Shown here one piece after another: positions 51,035-64,000 of a DNA stretch of 64,000 bases. The first letter of the stretch is position 1. Every line of letters begins with the position of its first letter. The notes under the pieces were generated by a model. The model worked only from the letters and a program-made list of their open reading frames with translations, was not told the origin of the DNA and searched no databases. The stretch is from the NCBI RefSeq assembly GCF_018977255.1, contig NW_024704761.1, positions 2,294,001 to 2,358,000 on the forward strand, given 5' to 3'. The DNA is from Callorhinchus milii. Its lineage: Eukaryota. The translations under genes were made by a program, and so were the position numbers.

Positions 51035-52497
51035 ACTGTGAAATATCCTTTAAAAGAGCTGACGCAGACACCATGGGCCGAATGGCCTCCTTCTGTGCTG
51101 TATAATTCTATGATTCTATGAGATATGCTGTGCAAAACTAACTAATATGTAGTGATTTTTTCTTTGAGAAATGCTGACTGTTGAGTCATTACATTTATTT
51201 GAAATGGAAATTAAAACAAAACTTCCAGAAGGATTTTGAAAGTCAATAGTGAGGATTGTAAGATTTATATAAAATGTAAGAATCTCTAACCAGTTCTCTA
51301 AATGGACGAATATATTGATTGTACTAATCCAGTTAATTGATTGTGAATAAATAGTGAAACTGTTTAACAAGGAGTATGTCTCTTCTTTTAACATGGTGTC
51401 AGACTGAACTGAGCCCATAGCATGGGTATAAAGTAAAGAAAAGGTTATCTTTACAACAACAACAGAAATAAATGATGTTTACACAGCGCCTTTCATGTCG
51501 GGAGGACATCCCAAAGCGCTGGACATTCAGGGATTTGGACCTGAGCTGGGGTTGGGATTGGGAGGGAATTGCAATGATTTACAATGATGATGAAGTAAAC
51601 ATTGTGCATCTGGAACACCAAAGAATGGACGATAACATGTATTCACCAACCAAAGCTCTTGAAACTGGCAGACAATTGCCAAGAACACCGGGTGAAGTTT
51701 GACACAAGGTTTGAAATCTTTCCAAAGCAACAGGCAGGACCGCAAGAGAATCACAGTGCTGCTGAAAACGGATGGGATAGAGTCAATAGAACTAGAATTC
51801 AGCTGAGAAACGTGACATAACGTTAAGTATTAAAGATGACTGAGGGCCATCAGTTGTGGCGAAGAGAACATAATAATCAAAAGGTTTGAATTTGGAATAA
51901 GACGACAAACAAGAAGTGAAAACCTCGACACCTATTACAGGGCGCTGGGGTTCTGAACCATTCTTGTGAGTTCAGGGAATTAAGGGATGACATGGTGAGA
52001 GATAATCTGACAATAAGAATCTGGGAGCCGATTATCAGGAAAAAACTGTTAATAGAAAAACACGAGTGAGCAACAGAAAATTGTGACGTTATAACATGCA
52101 AACCATTGCCAGGCCAGATGCCATGAAGATGGAAATGGACACATGGTCGTGTATCATAAAGGATGAAATGGGATATTGTTATCAAAGGGACCTGAACAAA
52201 TTCATGAGAAACCTTCGAAGGGGAAACGGCTGGAGTGGAAAGAAGTGTGGTTAAGGCACTTGATTGACAATTGGCACAGCATCAAAACCGGAATGGACTT
52301 GCATTAAAAGTGGTGACCACTCAGCGGGAGTAAGAGGTTTGTGAATAACTAGTGAAACAGATTAAAGGTGTATATCTCTTGACTGGAAACAGACTGTGAA
52401 ACAGAACTGACACAGCAGAGTACAGTAAGTGAAAATGCCTTTATGAAATAACAGTTACACATTTAAAGGTAAAATTATTTCCAAAATACTCTCCCAC

Positions 52498-53404
52498 TAG
52501 GTGGGAGAGTAAGCTCTGAGGATGATGCAAAAAGATTGCAACGGGATATCGATAGGCAAGGCGAGTAGGTAGCAAATGGAATTTAATGTGGGGAAGTGTG
52601 AAGTTATTCACCTAGCTAGAAAAAATAGAAAAACAGATTATTTTCTAGAGGGGGAGAGATTAGATAGTGTTAGTGTTCAGAGGGATTTGGGTGTCCTTGT
52701 ACACCAGTCTCAAAAAGTTAGTTTGCAGGTGCAGCAGCAACTAAGAAGGCGAACGACACGTTTGCGTTCATTGCAAAAGGTTTAGAGTACAAGAGTAGGG
52801 AAGTCTTGCTGCAACTGTATAGGGCCTTGGTGAGACCGCACCGAGAGGATTGTGTGCAGTTTTGGTCCTTATTTAAAAAAGGACATACTTGCACTCGAGG
52901 GGCTGCAGCGTAGATTCACTCGGTTAGTTCCTGGGATGAGGTGACTGACCTATGAGGAGAGGCTGAATAAACTGGGGCTGTATTCTCTATAGTACAGAAG
53001 AATTAGGGGAGATCTTATTGAAAATTATACGATTCTTAAAGGGCTGATAAAGTAGACACTGAGGGTCTGTTTCCCCGGTGGGAGAATCTATAACCAGGGG
53101 TCACAGTCTTAAAATTAAGGGTCAGCCTTTTAGAACAGAGTTGAGGAAACATTTCTTCACTCAGAGGGCAGTGAATTTATGGAATTCACTCCCCCAGAAG
53201 GCTGTAGATGTCAGTCCTTGAACATTCCCAAGGCTGAGACTGATAGATTTTTAAAAAATAGAGGAATTAGGGGATATGGGGAGAGGGCGGGTAATTAGAG
53301 TTAGGTCAGAAGATCAGCCATGATCTTATCGAATGGCGGGGCACAGGCTCGAGGGGCCGAATGGCCGACTCCTGCTCCTAATTCTTATGTTCTTATGTTC
53401 TTAT
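52498..53404 (+). mobile_element. CR1-clade LINE, 5'-truncated, degenerate ORF2 end and 3' UTR
   Basis: MEFNVGKCEVIH..VQRDLGVLV peptide, hairpin region GGCCGAATGGCC and (TTCTTATG)n tail; stops and frameshifts present. Confidence 0.9.
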
Positions 53405-54196
53405 TCAACAACACTAATCTGATCAGAGAAATATGAACACATTCATTTGCTCGCACAATCTTACTTCAGCAAGGTGAGAGATTAAAAGCCAAGCTATTGA
53501 ATATTTAAGTTTAAAACACAGTGCAAAAGTTATGGTCTGATAAAAGTTATTTAGTACAGTACCTCTGAATATTCCCAATAATTAAATAGCATATTTTTAT
53601 ATGGTTTGTTGAAAGTAATTTCAACTACGTTTTCAGGCCATGATAAAGATTCAATACAAATACAGTATAAAAAAAGGGGTGATAACTTTCTTTGACAATG
53701 GTATTAAAACTTCATAGAGGTAAAATTTGTGTTGATATTGAGTATGGGGGCTTCCAGTTATTTAGTTTATTATATATATATTTATGAAGGATCTAGGAAA
53801 AGAATATGTGTATGTATACACTGTATATATATATATATCCTCTATTAAAGAAAACAGTAGCTAGTGCATTGATGTATATTTTGAATACTTTTAACTGGCT
53901 TTAGGATAAGAACAGCAACAATTTGCATTTATGTAGTGTCCTGCATACACGATAGTGCCCCAGAGCAAAGATAACACCTGACAGGCAAATCGGGACTATT
54001 GAATCCTATTTAACCACAAGGTTATAAAGCCAATAGAGTAACTATCATATTTCCATTGCAAGAAGTGAGCAGTCACATGTCTTTTGATGGATGTGTTATT
54101 CTTGGATTGGTGACCTCCTTTTCCCCTTTGAAGGTCACTCATGAATTCTTTTCGTTCAGTGCTTTTCTAATTTTGATCTGAATTGGAGAAGCGACT

Positions 54197-57100
54197 ATGT
54201 CTGAAAGCAAAGTTTTTCAAGCCTGGGATTATGCCGTGTTTAGTTGCATGCTGGTTATATCTGCCGGAATTGGGGTTTTTTTCGCTCTAAAACCTGGAGG
54301 AACTGGAACTACTGAAGAGTTTCTTGTAGGAAACAGGTAAGTCCAAAACTATAATTGTAAGCAAAATAGAGATTTTACTTAAAGCTTGTAATTAACCTAA
54401 AAAATCACTTTCATATTTCAGTTCTATATAAGGAAACAATTGATTTTTACAATTACAAAAATTCTTGTAATTGCAAAGGGAAAGGTCCTACATTTAGCTT
54501 TTTGTCTGTGTTATCTTTTTTCAATTGGGATGGACAATTGGTCTTAATATCTCCCGAGTTAGTTAGAGAGGGACAATATTTGATGAGGTTTTCCAAAGAA
54601 AAGAAAATTAGATCCCTCAGTCCACGACTGTTTGTGGGACACTGCTGTGCGCAATTGGCTGCCATGTTTCGCCCACAAAATACCCATTCACTACACTTTA
54701 CTGTATGTCATGTGAAGCGCTTTGTGACAGCTCAATGACGTGATAAGATACGATATCAAATGCAAGGATTATTATTAGTATTTTCATTAATACTTTTTGG
54801 CAAGCTGGTTGCCCCCTTATCTCCCAGTTGGTGTCTTTGTATGAATAGTAGGGGAGGATAGGCGATTCAATGTGATTTGCTCAGTGGTTGAGTACCTGGT
54901 TAGGTTAACTGCCACATTCAGATAGGAAAAATAACCCCCAGATAAAGTAACTGAGGGCTGACTGCATTCATGCAACTAACTTAGCAAAAGTATTCCCTTT
55001 AAAGAGAGGAGGTAAATGGTCCAACCCAAAGGGAAAGTTAATGGGGGGGGAAAAAAATGACTTCTGTTTGTTTTAGGCAGATGTCTGCTTTCCCGATTGC
55101 TCTTTCGTTGGCATCCAGTTTCCTGTCGGCTATTACTGGTAGGTGGATTTTGTACATTTGCTCAGATTTGTCAGAAAAAATGACATCAGGGATGGATAAA
55201 TCATTAAATCAATTTATGGAACATTGCTGTCTTTGCCTACAAGAATACGCAGTTACTACACTTTACAGTAAATCCCGCGAAGCACTTTGAGACGTCCTCC
55301 CGACATGAAAAGCACTTTATTGAATGCAAGGATTTATCACGATTGATTAGTTTTACCAGCGAAATACTAAAAAATTCCCACCTTTCTTAGTTTCTTCTGA
55401 TGGAGTGCTGTTAAGTTCATGGGAACATTACAGATGGAAATCGTATCTGTGCCACTGAACTTCCTTTTTAGTGCCATTCAGTCTTCAGGATCAAAATGAA
55501 TAGACTGAAATACTACGGATAGAACACAATTTATTCAGGACAAGAACCTTTGTATTCTTACAATAACATGCCAATTTTTGACTGGTTAAGAAAACTTACA
55601 GTATATTTAAAATGGTTGAATTGTAGAACATGGATGAGCAATTAACAGATAGCTATTTGCACTGTTGAGAAGTTTTGGAGTTTGGGCTGCAAAAGTACTA
55701 GAAAAACTACAAATTAACAGAAGCAACAATGTAAATGGTGTTGGAGCTGGTATTTCAGTATTCCCGAATTGCCAACTTAATGGTTCGTGTTAATGTTAAG
55801 AAAAGGACCTTTGCACCAGTCACACCATTGCATTGCCTCGTATTATTCTGCCCTGGGGTAACATGAGGTAAAAAGCAGCATTCACAACCAAAATTTGCTG
55901 CGTTAAGTATGATTTCTGTGTTAGCCTTAAATTTGGGCAATTTCTCTTTCTGATTGCAGGCAGTGTTTTGTTTTCAACCGGTTCTTTACTAAGAAAAGGC
56001 ACGAAAAGTGCAAGTTGATTAATAACTTACTAGGTAATTAGGGAAGCCTTTCAGCCTATTTGATCTCCAGAATATCCACGATAGTGTCTTCCCATCGCCA
56101 CATCGAGCATTTTTAAATGAGTCCAGCACCCTGACCTGAGCCACACTTCCCAACAACCTGTTCCAATTATCAATAACTCTTTGTCGTCTGTCCTGAAATT
56201 CCCCAGAGCATCTCTAAACCTACCTTCCTTGTCCTACTGACTCGGTGCATCTGAAAGTGCTAAATAAAGTCTAGATTCTAACCTGATTAAGTATTATTAT
56301 AAAAGAGTTACATTAATCTCATGTGCTTCAGAAATGTTGCTCTTACCTTACTCATCAGAGATATCTCTGATTGTTGTTACAGTGATTGGAAGTCCTGCAG
56401 AGGTGTACACATTTGGATCGATGGTTCTGTTGTACATCTTCTCTTCTTTAATTACCATGATAATAACCTGTGTGATCTATTTACCACTCTTCTACAGGCT
56501 GAACATTCTTAGCACGTATGAGGTAATGGAAAAAAAANGTCTTCTTTTCTCTTTGCTATTGGGAATGGGGAGCCAATAGAGCCAAGAGAGATTGGGTTGA
56601 TTGACTCACAGAGCCTTTTATGAGAGAGGACATGGGCTACAGAGTTCTGTATAGTCTGTTGCTGGCATAGGGAAGAGCTGGGGGTGGTGGGGTGGGGGGA
56701 GTCCAGTGAGCAAAGTAAAACCTGCACATGATTGTGTCAGTCGCACTTCTCAAGGAACTTCTCAAAAAGAATTCTTAATTGAGAGTAAATTGTATAAGTA
56801 AAATTAATAGTGTTTAATTTTCCTGTGTTTTTTTCCCTACAGTATCTAAGTAGAAGATTTAATAATCTAGTGAGGTATCAAGCAGTGTGCTGTTTCTTGT
56901 TGTATATGGTAAGTTTAAAGAGAGTTTTTTTTAAAAAAAATCTTAGATGTCACCTATCTTAATTCTACATCAATATCTAATGTCTGAGCTTTTGTGTCCT
57001 TGATGGAGTTTAAATTGAACTGTATTGGCACATTCCTTGTATTCGAACATTTGTGATGTCTTTTGCAAAATATGAGAGTAAATTCATAAATATGTCGTAC

Positions 57101-60100
57101 TATTTTGAAGATCTTTCTCTGTCAGAAATGCTCCTCGACTCATCTGTACATAAGGTGCTGTTTTATTCTTTTCTAGTTCATTTATCTTGGCATTGTCACC
57201 TACACACCTGCATTAGCATTAAGTAAAGGTAAGTTGGGCATTTTTGAATGACAGTTATTTTATTATTTGAATACTTGTAGATATTCTACATTTAAATTTT
57301 GGAAAACCTTTAGACTGTGCAAAGCAGGAGATTGATACACAGGTTAGAAGACACGGAATAGGGAAGGCATGTTGGAAGTAGAATGGGAATTACCTGAACT
57401 GAACAAATAATGGGCAGCTGTATGTGTCAGGCTGGCTCAGTTGGTAGCATCGTCGCCTCTGTGTCGGAAAGTTGTGGGTTCAAGCCCCACATTGAGACTT
57501 TGAACTCACAATCCAGGCTGTGCTTGTCGTCCAGCTTCCAGATTTGCCTACAGAATACATGGTCACTACTCATTGCAGTAAAACCTGTGAAGTGCTTTGA
57601 GAAATGTTCCTGACGTGAAAGGCGCTATATCAAAATGCAGGGATGATTATTACGTGAAGCGTTACATGGAAGGAGGTCACTAGCAGGCTGCCTTAGGGGT
57701 CAGTGTTTGGACCAAAGTTATTTACATTTTACGTGAACAATTTCAAATGGGAATAGAAACCAAGTTGTCTACATTTTCTGATGGCACCAGACTGGGTGTT
57801 TGAATAACAGTGAAAAAAACGTAACAACAAGCCACATACATAATATTAGAAGAGCAAATATAATATAATAATAATCCTTGCATTTGATACAGCACATCGT
57901 TGAGACTCAAAGCGCTTCACAGAATACACTGTAAAGCGAATTGACTGTGTGTTTTGTGGGCGAAACGCGGCAGCCAATTACGCACAGCAGCGTCCCCACA
58001 AACAACCGTGGATTGAGTGACCAAATTATTATTTTTTTGTTGAAAGGATTATCAAATTTAAATTTAGGTTTAACACAGAGAGTGGTGAATATGTCCAATG
58101 GATTACCCAGCAAGGAAGATAGAGGAAGATATTGAGCCGCAAGGAAAATAGAATAGTGTGTAACAATAGTTTTTTCCAGTTCTGTGTTTTCCTGTGTAAT
58201 GCTGTATGACGAGTTCTTCTCATTCCCACCAGCATAAATGTGTTATCTCTTTATCTTTCAAATCATGTTCTCTAGTCAATTATCATTCAATCATCTATTC
58301 ATAATATTAACTGTTTTCATCCATTGATTCTTTTTCAGTTACGGGCTTAAATTTATGGATATCCGTGTTATCAACTGGCCTCGTGTGTACATTATACACA
58401 TCAATAGTAAGAAAACTCACTCTGAATGTTTATTAGAGTTAGTAAAATCCGCTGAGAACTGCATCAATCATGCATTGATATCTGCAATTATATTCCCTAT
58501 TCCTGACAAATACCCTTTGGGTGTATTTCATCACAAACACTGTACTTTGGGTCTGACGGTTTTGGTGATAAGGTGTCTCTGTATAATCGATTATTGATAA
58601 ACACACGACTTATTTTATGGAAAAATACAGTATTTGCCTCGTGAATTCAATTGGATCATAAAGTCTAAAAATGTTTATCTTTGCAAATGATTGCACCACA
58701 GAAAATCAGCTGTGGCTCTGTACTCGAAATTGCTTTACAATCTAGTTCAGGTACTTATTATTATTATATTATCATCATTATTATTACTTGCCAATGAGTA
58801 ACACGTAAGAGAGACTGCAAGCACTGGAGAAAACTGAAGGTGAAAAGCAGAGACGTCAGGAAAATGAATTGTGAGATTTTAAACAGGCAACAAAACGTTA
58901 GTGAAATGTTGTGATATTCCATTCACGTTGGTGAAATGTTACACCTTACAGCAAACGCACACAATTTCCATCTTCCCGATATAATAGCCTGTCACAGCCA
59001 GGAAAACTGCTGAGTCTTTGTTTCTAAATGCGAGAGTTTGTATTACACTGAATCGTATTTTATGTTGATTTCATTCTCGCCGGTCAATCATCATGCACAA
59101 AAATCATTTGATCAGATATGAGGGGTGTTATAAAGAATATAAAGCAAAAAATCCACCTTAAATACCACTCGTTGTGGGATTTACCAAAGGCAGCCCTGAA
59201 ATAAAGTAGATGGCTTATGAACTGTTTATCATGAACTCTTTATTAGCTGCCAAGCAGAATTGTCACATCTAAGAAAGAAAGTAGATTGGTCATATACAAC
59301 AACAAGATTACATTTGTACAGCGTCTTTCATGTCAGGAGGATGTCCCAAGGCGCTGAGTAAATATGCAAGGTACACAATAGCAACTGTGAGTGAAACACA
59401 CAGTGTGTAATGATTGCTCATTAGCCCTCACTCACCACCTCTCATTTCCATGTGGATTGTAAGAATGTTATTTCTAGTTGTGATTTCTCCTCAGGGCGGC
59501 ATCAAAGCTGTTGTATGGACAGATGTCTTTCAAATCTGTGTGATGGTGGCTGGACTGCTTGCTGTGCTGATTCAGGGGTCCATCCACGTTGGGGGCTTTG
59601 GAAAGGTTTGGAGTATTGCACAGAAAGGTGGTCGCCTCAATTTTTTTGAGTGAGTAGATGTCGCTGCTGTGGGTGTAGAAGATTCAGTTACTGTAGTTTG
59701 TCATTGTAATTACAATCTTTCCCTCTTTACCTGCTGTACACAGACATTGCAATCTTCTTTTACTAAAGGCAAGGAAACTCGCTCCCAGATTGCTGATGTG
59801 AGACAAACACCAGGACATAGCAAAGGAACAGTGCCTGTTGAGTCACAATGAGTTTATTCCTCCGTCCCTCCCTCCCTCGGGAAAAGTTTGGAGGCAGCAA
59901 TGACTATTTTAGAGAACCCTTCTTTGTGTGTAATATATAACTTTGTGGACAGTTTTATTCAAGTTTATTTTTAAAGTATTAATTCTGTGTCTAACGTGAC
60001 AAACCAGTTACCTGAGCCGCCCTCAACTACTCTTCCTGGCAATCAGTTCCAGTGGTTAATTACCCTCTGGGTAAAGAGAAACTTCCTGGTGTCTGTCCTG

Positions 60101-63100
60101 AAATTATTCTTATGTCCTCTCGTTTTATTGATATAAAAAAATACTAATAGTAATTTGGTTACTCAATCCACAACTGTTTGTGGGACATTGCTGTGCGCAA
60201 TTGGCTGCCACGTTTTGCCCCAAAATATACAGTCATAAGGTGCTATATTAAATGCAAGGATTATTATTACTAGGGGCTTGGATTGGAATACATCTTGCCC
60301 CTTTTTCTAACAAGAAATTAAAACAACATTTAAGGGAGAGATTTAGGAGCAGGTCACTTATATGATGTACCTTATACTGATATACTCTAAGATGCTACTC
60401 TGCATGGCGGGTGCTATATAAGTGCAAGATGTTGTCGTTGTTGTTGATGTAATAGAAGCTGCAAGAATTAAAATAAAAAGTAATGTACAAAGTACTTACA
60501 ACAAGAGCTGTGCAAAAGAAGAAATCATTTTGCATTTAGTTAGAAGAATTATTCTCTTTCAGCTTTGATTTTGACCCAAGAAAAAGGCACACATTTTGGT
60601 CCATATTGATTGGAGGGACCTTTGCATGGACTGCAATTTACTGTTGTAACCAAGCACAGATACAACGCTACCTGGCCTGCAAGAGCGAAAGAGAGGCCAG
60701 AAAGTAAGTTAACATGATGCATAAAAAAATCAATTAGTATTTTAAATTAACAGTTTTACAATGAATGAAAACAAATTGTGAGCCAATCAGTTTATGAACC
60801 TGAACATATTCAATTCACATTTTAGTCCACAATGCACTCTTGGAATGTGTAGCACATCTGTTAGGCCAGAGGCCAGGGCGAAACCTTAGGTAAGTTTCCT
60901 TACTCCACACGCCTCTGTTTACCCAGCAGTAAGTAGGAACCCGGTTGATAGTCGATTGGCAGATCGCTTTTCCGGGCATAATAATACCTTCAAATATTAA
61001 TAATAATAATAACTTGGTCACTTAATCCACAAACGTTTGTGGGACGCTGCTGTGCACATTTGGCTGCCGTGTTTTGCCCACAGAATGTACAGTCAATTCA
61101 CTTTACAGTATATTCTGTGTCAAAGGCGCGATAAGACGTTATATCAAATGCAAGGATCGGCTGACGTGTTCGGAAACTCTTCCATTTTTATTCTGAATCT
61201 GTCATCCTGCTTTGTGAATTTACAAATCAGTTTTTTTTTTGCTTAACAGGGCTATCATCCTCAACTGGTTTGGTATGTGTATGGTGACAATCACAGCCTG
61301 TTTCTGTGGCTTGGTTATGTATGCTGTTTATGAAACCTGTGACCCTTTAATGTCAAACAGAATCAACGATCCCAACCAGGTAAGTATTATTTAGCTCTGT
61401 GATCAAAGTTTTGTTCAATAAATACAGTATTGCAAAATTCCAGTGATTAACACAGTGTTGCAAGTGGGAAATGTGTTTTCTAATCATTTACTTGGTTTTC
61501 ACATCTCCCCAAAGTTGGCACCGTTACTGGTTTTGGATATCTTTTCTGAATTACCTGGAATTTCGGGATTGTTTGTCGCGAGTGCATTCAGTGGCACACT
61601 GAGGTATGTAACGCCATTCATTAAGATACAGTACAAGAGCATCAACGGGAATGTTTGACAATACTAAGACCTCAATAAAAGAAGTTTGGAATTAATCATT
61701 TTTTGTTGAAAAAGCAACAATATCATCCAATTTTGACTTATGCTTAAATGCTGTTGTTTTTCTTGCACACAGCACTGTCTCCTCTGGCATCAATTCTATG
61801 TCTGCAGTCGTTATGGAAGATTTTATCAGCACTTCCTGGAAGCCTTGGAAGTACCTGTCGAGAAGCAAGAAAACATTGATCTCAAAACTCCTAGGTTCAA
61901 CTTGTAATACATATCATCTAAACAGCAAATAGAGCAGCTTAAATGTTGCGGACACATTTGGATGGTTCGATGCACAACTTTTGTTTGGTTTTGAGAATGA
62001 AGACCTTTCTTGGAGCCCTGTAGCTTAGTGGTTAGAGAACTTGCCTCGCAAGTGAGAGGACCTGTGATTGATTCCCGGGCGGGGCGAATCATTACTCAAA
62101 TTTCCTTACTCCGCACGCCTCTGTTTACCGAGCAGTAAGTAGGAACCTAGTTATTAGTCGATTGGCAGATCGCTTTACCGGGGGTAATAATCCCTCCAAA
62201 AAAAATTAATAATTTGGTCACTGAGTCCACAGCTGTTTGTGGGGACGCTGCTGTGCTCAATTGGCTGCTGTGTTTCACCCACAAAATATACAGTCAATTC
62301 ACTTTACAGTATATTCTGTGAAGCGCTTTGAGACGTCTCGAAGATGTGATAAGGCGCTATAATCAAATGCAAGGATTATTGTAGGATTATTTTTTAAATT
62401 GCTTCGGTTACAGTGTGAAGTTCAGAATGGTATTTTACCGAAATAATCAGCCTCTCCTAATTCTTGTTCTGTCGTTATATTTAGTGGTGTTTTTCGGATT
62501 TACATCAATAGGGCTGGCTGGGGTCGCTTCTCTCTTACATGGAAATGTAATGCAGGTAAACACAAATCCTACGTTTTTATATTTGTACATTTATTTAAAA
62601 AAAAGTTGGGATAAAAACATGATTATGTTCCAGCTCATGTAACGATATTCTCTTTGTTGTACCCAGATATCTCGAAGTGTTGATGGCTTACTGCTTGGAC
62701 CCCTAATCGGTGCATTTACTCTTGCAGCTTTATGTCCAAGGAGCAACAGCAAAGTAAGGTCTTTTAGACATTGAAGTCACAATGAAAAACATTTCGAAGC
62801 TAGTTTTAAGTGATATTATTTCATATTTGAAATAAGCTTTTTTTTAGAGGGGGCCTTGTAATTATAGTTCCCATCACACAGAGGATACAGTTCAAGATTC
62901 TGGTTGTCACCTTCAAAACTCCCCCTACCTCTGCGACCTCCTAACCCCCTGTTTGCTCCCTCCGCTCAGCGGGCTCCAGCCTGCTTCACGTTCCCCGCCT
63001 CATTTGCCCCACTATTGGTGGGTGGGCCTTCTGCCACTCTGCCCCCACCCTCTAGAACGCCATCCCACCAAGATTAGGAGACAACTGCAGTGAACAAAGA

Positions 63101-63568
63101 GAAATAGTAATTGATTGGTTTATGCACCGATTTAACAGGTCCTTAAAATAATTATTTTTCTTCTTTTATCTCAGGGAACATTTGTGGGTGTGCTTGTTGG
63201 TTTAATCCTTTCCTTGTGGTTAGGAATTGGTTCTCAAATCTACCGACCTTCCGATAGATTCACAGAAACACTTACGTTCTCAATAGCAGGCTGCGTGCAA
63301 GCTAACGTCACCACCTCAAGCTCTGTAAATATAACAGCTCTGATGACAACTATAACTTCTGTAAAACAGGAACAAGAGTAAGCCATTCAGTCACTCTCTC
63401 CAGAGCTAAACAAAAATGTACCAAATATAGAAGACTTACTGTTAATAGTTTGTTTCTATTTTAGGTTCAGCATTTTGGATAATATTTACTCCTTATCCTA
63501 CGCGTACTACACGCCAGTCGGTTGCCTGAGTACAATTTTTGTGGGTTTAATCGTCAGTGTATTGACCG
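54197..63568 (+). CDS. Sodium-coupled monocarboxylate transporter-like, copy 2 (tandem paralog; 3' exons beyond the window)
   Basis: Exons 54197-54336, 55077-55138, 56383-56522, 56843-56908, 57177-57228, 58339-58406, 59495-59649, 60563-60703, 61250-61379, 61515-61603, 61773-61894, 62485-62555, 62667-62753, 63175-63377, 63465-63568. Same exon sizes and phases as copy 1 (two exons differ by one codon); frame open. Confidence 0.9.
62012..62381 (+). mobile_element. Near full-length tRNA-derived Deu-domain SINE (dominant family; many partial copies across the window)
   Basis: tRNA-like head GTAGCTTAGTGGTTAGAG..GATTCCCGGGC, Deu core GCTGTGCTCAATTGGCTGC, tail GTGAAGCGCTTTGAGACGTC..ATCAAATGCAAGGATTATT. 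Confidence 0.85.
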
Positions 63569-64000
63569 GTAAGTAAAACAAATAATATAATATGAAAGCC
63601 AGATAAAGGAACTGGTGGCCACAGTTAATGCTTTGTATGGTGTTTGCTACACTTTGCTATTTGAGATTGGCAGTGATACCACATTGCTCCTGAGGTCACA
63701 TAACTATCTTTCTAACACTGTAGAAAAAAGTGTCTCTATCATTTTACTGAAACCAGGGCATGAAATGATAACAATTCAAAATGCGTCTAGCAACGACACT
63801 GTCATCACTTACCAATTTTATAAACACGCCCCAGTCTGATACCATATTCAGACAATGAGCGGGACAGTTTTTGTTTCCTAGTGTAGCATAAAGTTTCACA
63901 ACGGTTTCATTTAAGTAAGAAATTACAGGAATATTAATTCCGAAAAGCAGATTTTCAGTTGCCATTAATGAACAATTCTTTTTTTTTTGCATTATATAAT

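Noticed and set aside
51560-51820. Alternative terminal exon for SLC5 copy 1
   Set aside because: No convincing acceptor (the upstream sequence is an L2 tail) and no homology; cannot be resolved without cDNA.
56538-56538. Single N
   Set aside because: Ambiguous base at the end of an intronic A run; no functional consequence.

Overview
Vertebrate (not prokaryotic) genomic DNA. The DeuSINE/L2/CR1 repeats and gene content suggest a cartilaginous fish, probably a holocephalan (inference). All genes are intron-split, so most entries in the supplied ORF track are artefacts; I rebuilt exon chains by hand from GT-AG sites and phases. Left to right: the 5' part of UNC13D (-), WBP2 (-), ATP5PD (-) head-to-head with KCTD2 (+), tRNA-Arg(TCG) (+), MRPL58/ICT1, a BIRC7-like IAP (+) and two tandem SLC5A8/SLC5A12-like sodium:solute symporters (+; the second runs off the window). 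Main oddities: (1) MRPL58 exon 1 is on the opposite strand to exons 2-6, inside a ~1.6 kb block whose ends split one SINE exactly, next to a 25-N gap; (2) a frameshift in the UNC13D C2A exon; (3) the IAP has a degenerate zinc-less BIR and a CxxC...CxxC N-terminus; (4) the SLC5 pair has two extra introns and unusual substrate-site residues, suggesting an uncharacterised subfamily. Comparisons with human genes are from memory, not from a search.
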